Shown here: positions 36,557-45,029 of the stretch, piece after piece
How positions within the stretch are numbered: position 1 is the first letter of the stretch
How the letters are laid out: each line of letters starts with the position of its first letter
NCBI GenBank assembly: GCA_965204835.1
Contig: OZ242017.1
Location: forward strand, 1,091,842-1,155,841
Direction of reading: 5' to 3'
Length of the DNA: 64,000 nucleotides
Source of the DNA: Dehalococcoidia bacterium
GTDB taxonomy: Bacteria; Chloroflexota; Dehalococcoidia; UBA2979
Made by a program: the position numbers and the translations under genes
The notes under the pieces: model-generated
Databases searched by the model: none
Told to the model about the DNA's origin: nothing
What the model saw: only the letters and a program-made list of their open reading frames with translations

Positions 36557-37250
36557 GCCCCACGCGCGGGCAGTGCGCGAGCAGGGGGCAGCGCTCGCAC
36601 TCGGGGTTGCGGGCGTGGCACGTGCGGCGGCCGTGCTGGATCAGGTCGACGTGGAACGGGAGCATCTGCTCGGGCTCCAGCATCTCCTCGATCAGCTCGG
36701 CCTGGCGGTCCGGCGACGCCTTCTCGGGCGTCAGTCCCAGCCGCTTCGCCACCCGCCCGACGTGCGTGTCGACGGGCATCGCGGGGCGGCCGAGGGCGAA
36801 CATGAGCGTGACCGCCGCGCTCTTGTGGCCCACGCCCGGCAGCGAGCGCAGCCACGCCTTCGCCTCCTCGATCGGCATCGTCTCGAGGAAGTCGATGTCG
36901 AAGTCCGGGACGCGGTCGCGCACCTCGGCGAGGAGCGCCTGCAGCCGGGGCGCCTTCGTCGGCGCGAGCCCGCCCGGCCGGATCGCGTCCTCGACCGCGC
37001 TCGTCGGCGCCTCGATCACGTCCTCCCACGCGGGGAAGCGCTCGATCAGGCGGTGGAACGCCCGGCCCGAGTTGTGGTCCGAGGTGTGTTGCGAGAGCAG
37101 CGCGAGCACGAGCTCGGAGATCGCGTCGCCGTGCGGGCGCTCCGGCGGACGGCCGTACGCCTCGTCGAGGATCGCGAGCATCCCGGCGATGTCCCAGCGA
37201 TCGGACAGACCCTCGGACGAAGCGGTCGCGAGACTGCGTGTCGATGGCAT
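36543..37250 (-). CDS. Endonuclease III-like HhH-GPD base-excision glycosylase with a 4Fe-4S cluster loop
   Basis: HhH-GPD motif (LPGVGHKSAAVTLMFALGRPAMPVDTHV) and C-X6-C-X2-C-X5-C (CHARNPECERCPLLAHC). ATG at 37250. Confidence 0.75.
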   Translation of the reverse strand: MPSTRSLATASSEGLSDRWDIAGMLAILDEAYGRPPERPHGDAISELVLALLSQHTSDHNSGRAFHRLIERFPAWEDVIEAPTSAVEDAIRPGGLAPTKAPRLQALLAEVRDRVPDFDIDFLETMPIEEAKAWLRSLPGVGHKSAAVTLMFALGRPAMPVDTHVGRVAKRLGLTPEKASPDRQAELIEEMLEPEQMLPFHVDLIQHGRRTCHARNPECERCPLLAHCPRVGLAPA

Positions 37251-37293
37251 GGCGGCATCGTACGATGGGGAGCGCACGAGCGGAGGGCAGCGC

Positions 37294-38340
37294 GTGACGG
37301 CTGAGCAGATTCGCCTCACCGACCTCGCATCCTGCGGCGGCTGAGCGGGAAAGCTGGGTCTCGCGACCCTGGCGCAGGTGCTGCGCCCCCTGCATGAGGT
37401 CTTCGCTCCCGGGCAGCACCCCGAGCTGCTCGTTGGCCTCGCGCCGTCCGATGACGCCGCGGTGTTCCGCGTGAGCGACGACCTCGCCGTCATCCAGACG
37501 CTCGACTTCTTCCCGCCGGTGGTCGACGACCCCTACATCTACGGGCAGATCGCCGCGGCGAACGCCATGTCCGACGTGTACGCGATGGGCGGCGAGGTGA
37601 AGCTCGCGCTCAACATCGCGGCGTTCCCGGAGGACCTCGACCCCGAGCTGCTCGCCGAGATCGTGCGCGGCGGCGCGGACAAGGTCGCCGAGGCGGGCGG
37701 CGTCGTGGCCGGCGGCCACACGGTGATCGACGCGGAGCCGAAGTACGGGCTCTCCGTGATGGGCGTGATCCACCCCGACGCCGTGCTCACCACCGGCGGC
37801 GCGCAGCCCGGCGACGCGCTGCTGCTCACCAAGCCGCTCGGCACCGGCATCCTCATGAGCGCCGCCGGCCGCGAGGGCGCCGAGGCGGGCTTCGAGGCTG
37901 CCGTCGAGTCGATGCGCGCGCTCAACCGCCACCCGGCCCACCTCGCACGCGCCGCGGCGGCGCACGCGGTCACGGACGTGACGGGGTTCGGGCTCGCCGG
38001 CCACGCCTCCGAGGTGGCGCAGCAGAGCGGCGCGACGCTGGTCTTCGACCTCGACGCGTTGCCGCTGCTGCCGGACGCCGCCCGCTTCGCCGCCGAGGGC
38101 GTCGTGACGGGCGGCGGCAACCGCAACGTCGCGCACCTCGGCGACCGCGTGCGCATCGAGGGCGAGCCCGACCAGGCGCTCGTCGACGTGTTCTACGACC
38201 CGCAGACCTCGGGCGGCCTGCTCATCGCCGTGCCCGAGGCCGATGCCGCCGCGCTCAGCGACGCAATCGCGGGCGAGGGCGGCGGATGCTGGCGCATCGG
38301 GCACGTCGAGGAGGGCCCGCCGCTCGTGGTGGCACGGTGA
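37294..38340 (+). CDS. selD: Selenide, water dikinase (selenophosphate synthetase) encoded as a selenoprotein: in-frame UGA (Sec) at 37342-37344
   Basis: GTG at 37294 is preceded by GGAGGG at 37282-37287. It translates to VTAEQIRLTDLASCGG-U-AGKLGLATLAQVLRPLHEV..., which aligns with E. coli SelD [20 protein letters not shown], with U17 on Cys17 and K20 on K20. The rest (DDAAVF...DFFPPVVDDPY...TDVTGFGLAGH...DPQTSGGLL) is an unambiguous SelD body. The ORF track reported only the part after the UGA (37378-38340). Two small hairpins lie 10-45 nt downstream of the UGA. Confidence 0.85.
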
Positions 38341-39083
38341 GGCGGCTGCTCGGGGCGCTGCTCGCCCTGCTGGCCATCGTGCTGGCACTGGCGGCCGCGG
38401 CCTGCTTCGGCGGCGACGAGGAACCAGCGGCGCCCACCGCCACTCCGACTGCGACCTCGATGCCGGTACCGACCCCCACGCCCGTCGACCCGGCCGCGGT
38501 GGTCCACGAGTCGGCCGACCGCATGGAGGGCATCCAGCGGTTCCACTTCACGCTCGACCACGAGAACGGGGCGAGCGAGATCGTGCGCGGCATCATGATG
38601 GTGTACGCCGAAGGCGACTTCGACGGCGCGGAGCGCATGCGCGCGGAGATCGAGGGTGCGCTCGGCACGGTGAAGTTCGAGACCGCCGTCATCGTGCTAC
38701 CCGAGGGGAGCTGGCTCAAGAACCCGTTCGACCGCTCGTGGGAGGCCGAGGAGATCTCCATCGAGGAGTTCTTCGACCCGCAGAACGGCGTCGCCGCGCT
38801 CATGCGCCAGGTGACGGAGCCCACCCTCGTCGGCCGCGAGGAGTTCGGGGGCGTCGAGACGTACCGCATCGACGTGCTCGCCGACTCGGGCGACCTCGCG
38901 ATCTTCCCGACCGCCGAGCCCGGCTTCGAGGTGCGTGCGACGCTCTGGATCGGCGTGGACGACCTGCTGCTGTACCGCGTGGACGTGCTCGGCGCGATCT
39001 CGGAGGACGAGGAGTCCGACATCCTGCGACGCCTCGAGCTGAGCCGCTTCGGCGAGGACGTGGACATTGCCCCGCCGCCGTGA
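38337..39083 (+). CDS. Lipoprotein, LppX/LprG-like (putative)
   Basis: The GTG at 38337 overlaps the selD stop as GTGA. Signal peptide plus lipobox (LLALLAIVLALAAAAC) and a Pro/Thr linker. The mature domain has weak LprG-like beta-rich features. Its position directly upstream of an MFS pump mirrors the mycobacterial lprG-p55 operon. Confidence 0.5.
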   Translation: MRRLLGALLALLAIVLALAAAACFGGDEEPAAPTATPTATSMPVPTPTPVDPAAVVHESADRMEGIQRFHFTLDHENGASEIVRGIMMVYAEGDFDGAERMRAEIEGALGTVKFETAVIVLPEGSWLKNPFDRSWEAEEISIEEFFDPQNGVAALMRQVTEPTLVGREEFGGVETYRIDVLADSGDLAIFPTAEPGFEVRATLWIGVDDLLLYRVDVLGAISEDEESDILRRLELSRFGEDVDIAPPP

Positions 39084-40569
39084 TCCGGGCCACGATGAGG
39101 CCGAAGACCTCGACGCCTCCACGTCGCGCGGCAGCGCCTCGCTGCTGATCGCCGTCGCGGGCGGCGTCTTCATCGCCGCCGACGACCAGACCTCGGTGGT
39201 CACGGTGCTGCCGGCGCTCATCCCCGACATCGGCCTCGCGGTCGACGACTTCTTCCTCGCGTCGTGGGTGATCAACGGCTACCTGCTCGGCTACATCGTG
39301 GCGCTGCCGATCGTCGGCCGCATCGCCGATGCGCGCGGGCACGGCCGCGTGTACGCGGGCTCGCTCGGCGTGTTCATGCTCGGCAGCGCGCTGGTGGCCG
39401 CCGCGCCGGACTTCTGGTCCCTCGTCGTCGCGAGGGGCCTGCAGGCCGTCGGCGGCGGCGCGGTCGTGCCGGTGGCGATGGCCATCGTCGTGACGCAGAT
39501 GCCGCCCGAGCGCCGCGCGCTGGGGCTGGGTGCGATCGCCGCGGCGTCTGAGGCGGGAGCACTCGTTGGCCCGCTCTGGGGCGGCCTCATCACCGAGCTG
39601 TGGGGCTGGCGGTGGATGTTCTGGCTCAACCTGCCCATGTCGCTGCCGGTGCTCGGCGCCGTGTGGTGGCTCGCGCGCAACGAACGCGCCGAGGGTCGCA
39701 TCGACTGGCCGGGCGCGGCGCTCCTCGCTGCGGCGCTGGCCGCGCTCACCATCGCCATCGCCGACGACCCGATCGCGCCCCGCCACTGGGCGATCACGAC
39801 GCTGCTCCTCGCGGGGACGGCCGCGCTCGCGGTCGTCTTCGCGCTGCGTCAGCGCTGCGTCGAGGAGCCGATGGTGCGGCTCTCGATGTTCGCCTCGAAG
39901 CAGGTGTCGAGCGCCGCAGTGATGAGCGTGCTGGTGGGCGCGGGGCTCATCACCGCGCTGATCAGCGTGCCGCTGTTCGTGAACCTCGTGCTCGTCGAGC
40001 GACCGATCGACGGGGGCTTCACGCTGCTGCGCTTCACCGCCGCCGTGCCCGTCGGCGCGCTCGCCGGGGGGTGGGTTACGGGGCGCATCGGGCCGCGGCT
40101 GCCGGCCGCCGCCGGCGTGCTGCTCGGCGCCGCATGCTTCGCGGGGCTGCTGCCGTGGGATGAGGTGCTCCCCGAGGTGTGGCGCAGCACGCCGCTCATC
40201 GTCGGCGGCTTCGGGTTCGGGCTGCTGATCGCCCCGCTCGGCGTGGCGGTGCTCAGCCACGTGCGCGAGGAGGAGCGCGCCGTGGCCGCCTCGTGGCTCA
40301 CGCTGGCGCGGATGGGCGGGATGCTGGTGGGGACGGGCCTGCTCACCTCGCACGGCCTCGGGCGCTTCTACGCGCGGGCCGGTGCGATCGAGTTCGACTC
40401 GCCGGAGTTCGCCGAGCTGGTGACCGAGGCGCAGGTCTCGACCTTCCACGAGATCTGGGTCGTCGCCGCACTCGTGCTGGTGGTGACCGCTGCGCTAGCG
40501 TGGTGGCTCGGTGGCCGCGCCGAGCCCGGCGAGGAGGCCGCGGAGTGGTGGTCCGCGCCGACCAGGTAG
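39067..40569 (+). CDS. MFS transporter (DHA2 drug:H+ antiporter-like, about 14 TM)
   Basis: MFS motifs (ADDQTSVVTVLPALIPDIG...GRIADARGHGRV...RGLQAVGGGAVVP). The TTG start at 39067 overlaps the end of the lipoprotein gene, so the start is uncertain. Confidence 0.75.
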   Translation: MPRRRDPGHDEAEDLDASTSRGSASLLIAVAGGVFIAADDQTSVVTVLPALIPDIGLAVDDFFLASWVINGYLLGYIVALPIVGRIADARGHGRVYAGSLGVFMLGSALVAAAPDFWSLVVARGLQAVGGGAVVPVAMAIVVTQMPPERRALGLGAIAAASEAGALVGPLWGGLITELWGWRWMFWLNLPMSLPVLGAVWWLARNERAEGRIDWPGAALLAAALAALTIAIADDPIAPRHWAITTLLLAGTAALAVVFALRQRCVEEPMVRLSMFASKQVSSAAVMSVLVGAGLITALISVPLFVNLVLVERPIDGGFTLLRFTAAVPVGALAGGWVTGRIGPRLPAAAGVLLGAACFAGLLPWDEVLPEVWRSTPLIVGGFGFGLLIAPLGVAVLSHVREEERAVAASWLTLARMGGMLVGTGLLTSHGLGRFYARAGAIEFDSPEFAELVTEAQVSTFHEIWVVAALVLVVTAALAWWLGGRAEPGEEAAEWWSAPTR

Positions 40570-40594
40570 GCGCCCTCGGTCGACACACGCGAAC

Positions 40595-40616
40595 GCGCCC
40601 CGGGCAACCGGGGCGC
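40595..40616. terminator. Perfect hairpin GCGCCCCGG-GCAA-CCGGGGCGC between the convergent MFS gene and ACAD copy A
   Basis: 9-bp GC stem with a GCAA loop. A nearly identical element recurs downstream of each ACAD paralog. Confidence 0.5.
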
Positions 40617-40642
40617 GCTGCGTGGTGCGTGCGAGGGCGGGA

Positions 40643-41866
40643 CTAGCCGCGCGGCAGCGCGAGTCCTCGCGTCGCGATGATGTTGCGCTGGATCTCGTTC
40701 GAGCCGCCGAAGATCGTGTAGACGACGCTGTGCACGTAGAGCTGGGTGAACCGCGCGTCGAGCGGGGTGCGCTCGTGGGCGCGGTCCCAGATGTTCGAGT
40801 AGAGCCCGAACACCTTCATGCCGGTGTTCGCGGTGCGCTGGTTCAGCTCGGAGCCGAAGATCTTCGAGGTCGACGCCTCGTAGTTCGGGACCATCCCGCT
40901 CGCCTGGATCGAGATGATGCGGAACGAGAAGTTGAACAGCACCTCCGACTCGATCCAGCGGTCGGCGATGAGCGTGCGGGCGCGGTCGCCGCGGTCCTGC
41001 GCCCGCAGCCGGCCCTCGTCGGTGTCGAGGTAGTCGATGAGCGAGCGGAGGCGTCGCCGCGTCTCGACCGCGCCGGCGATGTTGGAGCGCTCGAAGTCGA
41101 GCAGCGTCATGCCGACGTACCAGCCGCGGTTGACCTCGCCGATGACGTTGGTGGCGGGGACGCGGACGTCCTCGAAGAACGTCTCGTTGGTGCCGTGCTC
41201 CCAGCCCATGGTGATGATGGGGCGGACGGAGATCCCGTTGTTCTCCTGGGGCATCACCATGAAGGTGATGCCGCGGTGCTTCGGGGCGTCGGGGTCGGTG
41301 CGGAACATCCCGAAGACCCAGTTGGACTTGTGGGCCGAGGAGGTCCACATCTTCTGGCCGTTGATGATGTACTCGTCGCCGTCGCGGACCGCGCGCGTCT
41401 GCAGCGAGGCGAGGTCCGACCCCGCGCCCGGCTCCGAGAACCCCTGCGCCCAGAGGATCTCGCCGCGCAGCGTCGGGGGTAGCAGCCGCTCCTTCTGCTC
41501 GTCGGTGCCGTGGATGAGCACCGTGGGGCCGAGCAGCGAGAGGCCGCCGCCGCCCACCAGCGGCGCCTCGGCCTCGGCCATCTCCATGTTGAAGATGAAC
41601 TGCTCCATGGTCGTCAGGCCGGCGCCGCCGTACTCCTGTGGCCAGTGCGGGGCGGACCAGCTGCGCGAGTCCAGCGTCGCGGCCCACTCGCGCGCCGCGG
41701 CCTGCGCCTCCTCGCTGCCGTGGACCATGTCCTGCTGCCAGTTGTCCTCGAGGGTGACGGCGCTCCAGCGCCGCTTGTCCTTGTAGTACTGCGGCAGGTT
41801 CTCGTCGATGAAGCTGCGCACGTCCTCGCGGAACGCGGCCTGCTCTGCAGTGTCTTCCCAGTCCAT
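40643..41866 (-). CDS. Acyl-CoA dehydrogenase (tandem paralog A)
   Basis: 407 aa from ATG 41866 (MDWEDTAEQAAFREDVRSF...). ACAD N/M/C domain signatures are present (GFSEPGAGSDLASLQTRAVRDGDEYIINGQKMWTS ... YEASTSKIFGSE). Confidence 0.85.
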   Translation of the reverse strand: MDWEDTAEQAAFREDVRSFIDENLPQYYKDKRRWSAVTLEDNWQQDMVHGSEEAQAAAREWAATLDSRSWSAPHWPQEYGGAGLTTMEQFIFNMEMAEAEAPLVGGGGLSLLGPTVLIHGTDEQKERLLPPTLRGEILWAQGFSEPGAGSDLASLQTRAVRDGDEYIINGQKMWTSSAHKSNWVFGMFRTDPDAPKHRGITFMVMPQENNGISVRPIITMGWEHGTNETFFEDVRVPATNVIGEVNRGWYVGMTLLDFERSNIAGAVETRRRLRSLIDYLDTDEGRLRAQDRGDRARTLIADRWIESEVLFNFSFRIISIQASGMVPNYEASTSKIFGSELNQRTANTGMKVFGLYSNIWDRAHERTPLDARFTQLYVHSVVYTIFGGSNEIQRNIIATRGLALPRG

Positions 41867-41918
41867 GCGCTGCCTCCTCGGCGTGCCGGTCACGTCTCCG
41901 GCGTGATTGCTGCGAGGG

Positions 41919-41928
41919 AGTCTAACAG
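41919..41928 (-). promoter_or_regulatory. Conserved extended -10-like motif cTGtTAGACT upstream of ACAD copy A; equivalents are upstream of copy B (about 43305) and copy C (about 44985)
   Basis: The motif on the gene strand is ACGCTG(T/C/G)TAGA(C/A)TC(C/T)C(T/G)CGCA. It occurs about 50 nt upstream of each of the three ACAD starts and resembles the actinobacterial extended -10 (TGnTAnnnT). Confidence 0.35.
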
Positions 41929-41984
41929 CGTCCCTGCTCACGGGCGTCTGGCTCGCAGGCGCCAGCCCGGCGGGCGACGCGAAC

Positions 41985-42006
41985 GCGCCCCGGTTGCCCG
42001 GGGCGC
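41985..42006. terminator. Hairpin GCGCCCCGG-TTGC-CCGGGGCGC downstream of ACAD copy B (loop inverted relative to the other two copies)
   Basis: Same 9-bp stem as at 40595 and 43661, but the loop reads TTGC instead of GCAA. Confidence 0.5.
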
Positions 42007-42031
42007 GCTGCGTGGTGCCTGCGAGGTGGGA

Positions 42032-43255
42032 CTAGCCGCGCGGCAGGGCCAGCCCTCGCGTCGCGATGATGTTGCGCTGGATCTCGTTGGAGCCGCCGAA
42101 GATCGTGAACACCACGCTGTGCACGTAGAGCTGCGTGAAGCGCGCGTCCAGCGGGGTCAACTCGTGCGCCCGGTCCCAGATGTTGGCGTACAGGCCGAAC
42201 GCCTTCATGCCGGTGTTCGCCGTGCGCTGGTCCAGCTCGGAGCCGAAGATCTTCGAGGTCGACGCCTCGTAGTTCGGGACCATCCCGCTCGACTGCATCG
42301 AGATGATGCGGAACGAGAAGTTGAACAGCACCTCGGACTCGATCCAGCGGTCGGCGATCAGCGCGCGCGTCCGTTGCGCCCGGTCCTGCGACCGCAACTG
42401 CCCGTCGTCCGTGTCGAGGTAGTCGATCAGCGACTGCAGCCGCCGACGAGTCTCGACCGCGCCCGCGATGTTGGAGCGCTCGAAGTCGAGCAGCGTCATC
42501 CCGACGTACCAGCCGCGGTTGACCTCGCCGATGACGTTGTTGGCGGGCACGTGGACGTCCTCGAAGAACGTCTCGTTGGTGCCGTGCTCCCAGCCCATGG
42601 TGGTGATGGGACGGACGGTGATGCCGTTGTTGAGCTGCGGCATGACCATGAACGTGATGCCGCGGTGCTTCGGGGCGTCGGGGTCCGTGCGGAACATCCC
42701 GAACAGCCAGTTGGACTTGTGGGCCGAGGAGGTCCACAGCTTCTGGCCGTTGATGATGTACTCGTCACCGTCGCGCACCGCGCGCGTCTGCAGCGAGGCG
42801 AGGTCTGAGCCGGCGCCCGGCTCCGAGAAGCCCTGCGACCACAGCATCTCGCCGCGCAGCGACGGCTCCAGCAGGCGCTCCTTCTGCTCGTCGGTGCCGT
42901 GGATCAGCACCGTCGGCCCGAGGAGCGAGAGGCCGCTGCCGCCGACCATGGGAGCCTCGGCCTCGGCCATCTCCATGTTGAAGATGAACTGCTCCATGGT
43001 GGTGAGCCCGCCGCCGCCGTACTCGTTCGGCCAGTGCGGCGCGACCCAGTTCCGCGAGGAGAGCACGTCGGCCCACTCCTGCGCGGCGGCCTTGGCCTCG
43101 TCGCTGCCGTGCATCATGTGGTCCTGCCAGTCATCCTCCAGGGTGACTGCGTTCCACTCCCGCTTGTCCTTGTAGTACTGCGGCAGGTTCTCCTCGATGA
43201 ACGAGCGGACGTCCTCGCGGAACGTCGCCTGCTCTGCAGTGTCTTCCCAGTCCAT
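42032..43255 (-). CDS. Acyl-CoA dehydrogenase (tandem paralog B)
   Basis: 407 aa, about 85-90% identical to copies A and C (MDWEDTAEQATFREDVRSFIEENLPQYYKDKREWNAVTLEDDW...). Confidence 0.85.
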   Translation of the reverse strand: MDWEDTAEQATFREDVRSFIEENLPQYYKDKREWNAVTLEDDWQDHMMHGSDEAKAAAQEWADVLSSRNWVAPHWPNEYGGGGLTTMEQFIFNMEMAEAEAPMVGGSGLSLLGPTVLIHGTDEQKERLLEPSLRGEMLWSQGFSEPGAGSDLASLQTRAVRDGDEYIINGQKLWTSSAHKSNWLFGMFRTDPDAPKHRGITFMVMPQLNNGITVRPITTMGWEHGTNETFFEDVHVPANNVIGEVNRGWYVGMTLLDFERSNIAGAVETRRRLQSLIDYLDTDDGQLRSQDRAQRTRALIADRWIESEVLFNFSFRIISMQSSGMVPNYEASTSKIFGSELDQRTANTGMKAFGLYANIWDRAHELTPLDARFTQLYVHSVVFTIFGGSNEIQRNIIATRGLALPRG

Positions 43256-43399
43256 GCGCTGCCTCCTCGTGGACGCGTCGCGTCCGCCGTGCGTATCTGC
43301 GAGGGAGTCTAGCAGCGTCTGTCACGCCACCGGAGCGGATCACGGGCGGGTCGCGAGGTCGCTGGCCATCGGGAGCGACTGCTGAGCTATGATCCGGTC

Positions 43400-43630
43400 A
43401 TGGCGACCACACGACTCGACATGGACGGGGCGCAAGCCCAGCTCCCGGAGCACGTCGCGCGGCTGGAGCCCGGCGATAGCATCATCCTGTGTCGCGAAGG
43501 CCGCCCCGTGGCCGAGATCCGGCCGATCGAGGAGCCCCTGGCCGAGCCTCGCCCGGTCGGGTTGGGCAAGGGTCTCGTCGAGATCCCCGACTCCTTCTTC
43601 GAGCCGCTTCCCCCGTCTGCCTTCTCGTAG
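43400..43630 (+). CDS. Orphan type II antitoxin-like protein (VapB/Phd-like; C-terminal LGxGKGxxEIPDSFFEPLP motif)
   Basis: 76 aa (MATTRLDMDGAQAQLPEHVARLEPGDSIILCREGRPVAEIRPIEE...PVGLGKGLVEIPDSFFEPLP). It resembles antitoxins whose C-terminus carries the (L)LKG...DDFDxPL motif. No cognate toxin gene follows it. Confidence 0.5.
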   Translation: MATTRLDMDGAQAQLPEHVARLEPGDSIILCREGRPVAEIRPIEEPLAEPRPVGLGKGLVEIPDSFFEPLPPSAFS

Positions 43631-43660
43631 CGATAGCGCACGGTCCACGCAGATGCAAAC

Positions 43661-43682
43661 GCGCCCCGGGCAACCGGGGCGC
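43661..43682. terminator. Hairpin GCGCCCCGG-GCAA-CCGGGGCGC downstream of ACAD copy C
   Basis: Third copy of the element, about 25 nt after the copy C stop. Confidence 0.5.
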
Positions 43683-43707
43683 GCTGCTGCGTGCGTGCGA
43701 GGAGGGA

Positions 43708-44931
43708 CTAGCTGCGAGGCAGCGCCAGTCCGCGCGTCGCGATGATGTTGCGCTGGATCTCGTTCGACCCACCGAAGATCGTGAACACCACGCTGTGGAC
43801 GTAGAGCTGCGTGAAGCGCGCGTCCAGCGGCGTGAGCTCGTGCCCGCGGTCCCAGATGTTCGCGTAGAGCCCGAACGCCTTCATGCCGGTGTTTGCCGTG
43901 CGCTGCGAGAGCTCCGAGCTGAAGATCTTCGAGGTCGACGCCTCGTAGTTCGGGACCATCCCGCCCGCCTGCATCGAGATGATGCGGAACGAGAAGTTGA
44001 ACAGCACCTCGGACTCGATCCAGCGGTCGGCGATCAGCCCGCGCGTCCGGCCTGCGCGGTCCTGCGACTTCAGCGAGCCCTCGTCCGTGTGCAGGTAGTC
44101 GATCAGCGACTGCAGCCGCCGACGCGTCTCGACCGCGCCCGCGATGTTGGAGCGCTCGAAGTCGAGCAGGGTCATGCCGACGTACCAGCCGCGGTTGACC
44201 TCGCCGATGACGTTGTTGGCGGGGACGCGCACGTCCTCGAAGAACGTCTCGTTGGTGGCGTGCTCGAAGCCCATCGAGATGATCGGGCGGACCGAGATGC
44301 CGTTGTTGGTCTGCGGCATGACCATGAAGCTGATGCCGCGGTGCTTCGGCGCGTCGGGGTCGGTGCGGAACATGCCGAACAGCCAGTTGGACTTGTGGGC
44401 CGTGGAGGTCCACATTTTCTGGCCGTTGATGATGTACTCGTCGCCGTCGCGGACGGCGCGCGTCTGCAGCGAGGCGAGGTCTGAGCCGGCGCCCGGCTCG
44501 GAGAAGCCCTGCGACCAGAGCATCTCACCGCGCAGCGTCGGCGCCAGCAGGCGCTCCTTCTGCTCGTCGGTGCCGTGGATCAGCACGGTCGGGCCCATGA
44601 GCGAGAGGCCCTGGCCGCCGACCATGGGGGCCTCGGCCTCGGCCATCTCCATGTTGAAGATGAACTGCTCCATGGTGGTGAGGCCGGCGCCGCCGTACTC
44701 CTGCGGCCAGTGCGGGGCGACCCAGTTGCGCGAGGACATGCGGTCGGACCACTCCTGCGCGGCGGCCTTCGCCTGGTCGCTGCCGTGGACCATGTCCATC
44801 TGCCAGTCATCCTCGAGGGTGACGGCGTTCCAGGCCCGCTTGTCCTTGTAGTACTGCGGCAGGTTGTCGTCGATGAAGCTGCGGACGTTCTCGCGGAATG
44901 CCGCCTGCTCTTCGGTGTCTGCCCAATCCAT
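43708..44931 (-). CDS. Acyl-CoA dehydrogenase (tandem paralog C)
   Basis: 407 aa (MDWADTEEQAAFRENVRSFIDDNLPQYYKDKRAWNAVTLEDDW...). Same family as copies A and B. Confidence 0.85.
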   Translation of the reverse strand: MDWADTEEQAAFRENVRSFIDDNLPQYYKDKRAWNAVTLEDDWQMDMVHGSDQAKAAAQEWSDRMSSRNWVAPHWPQEYGGAGLTTMEQFIFNMEMAEAEAPMVGGQGLSLMGPTVLIHGTDEQKERLLAPTLRGEMLWSQGFSEPGAGSDLASLQTRAVRDGDEYIINGQKMWTSTAHKSNWLFGMFRTDPDAPKHRGISFMVMPQTNNGISVRPIISMGFEHATNETFFEDVRVPANNVIGEVNRGWYVGMTLLDFERSNIAGAVETRRRLQSLIDYLHTDEGSLKSQDRAGRTRGLIADRWIESEVLFNFSFRIISMQAGGMVPNYEASTSKIFSSELSQRTANTGMKAFGLYANIWDRGHELTPLDARFTQLYVHSVVFTIFGGSNEIQRNIIATRGLALPRS

Positions 44932-45029
44932 GCATGCCTCCTCGCCGTGCGCGTCGCGCCGCTGCGTGTGTGCTGACGCGAGATTCTACCAGCGTTTCCC
45001 GTTACGTCCCGCCGCCGCGCCGACGAGGA

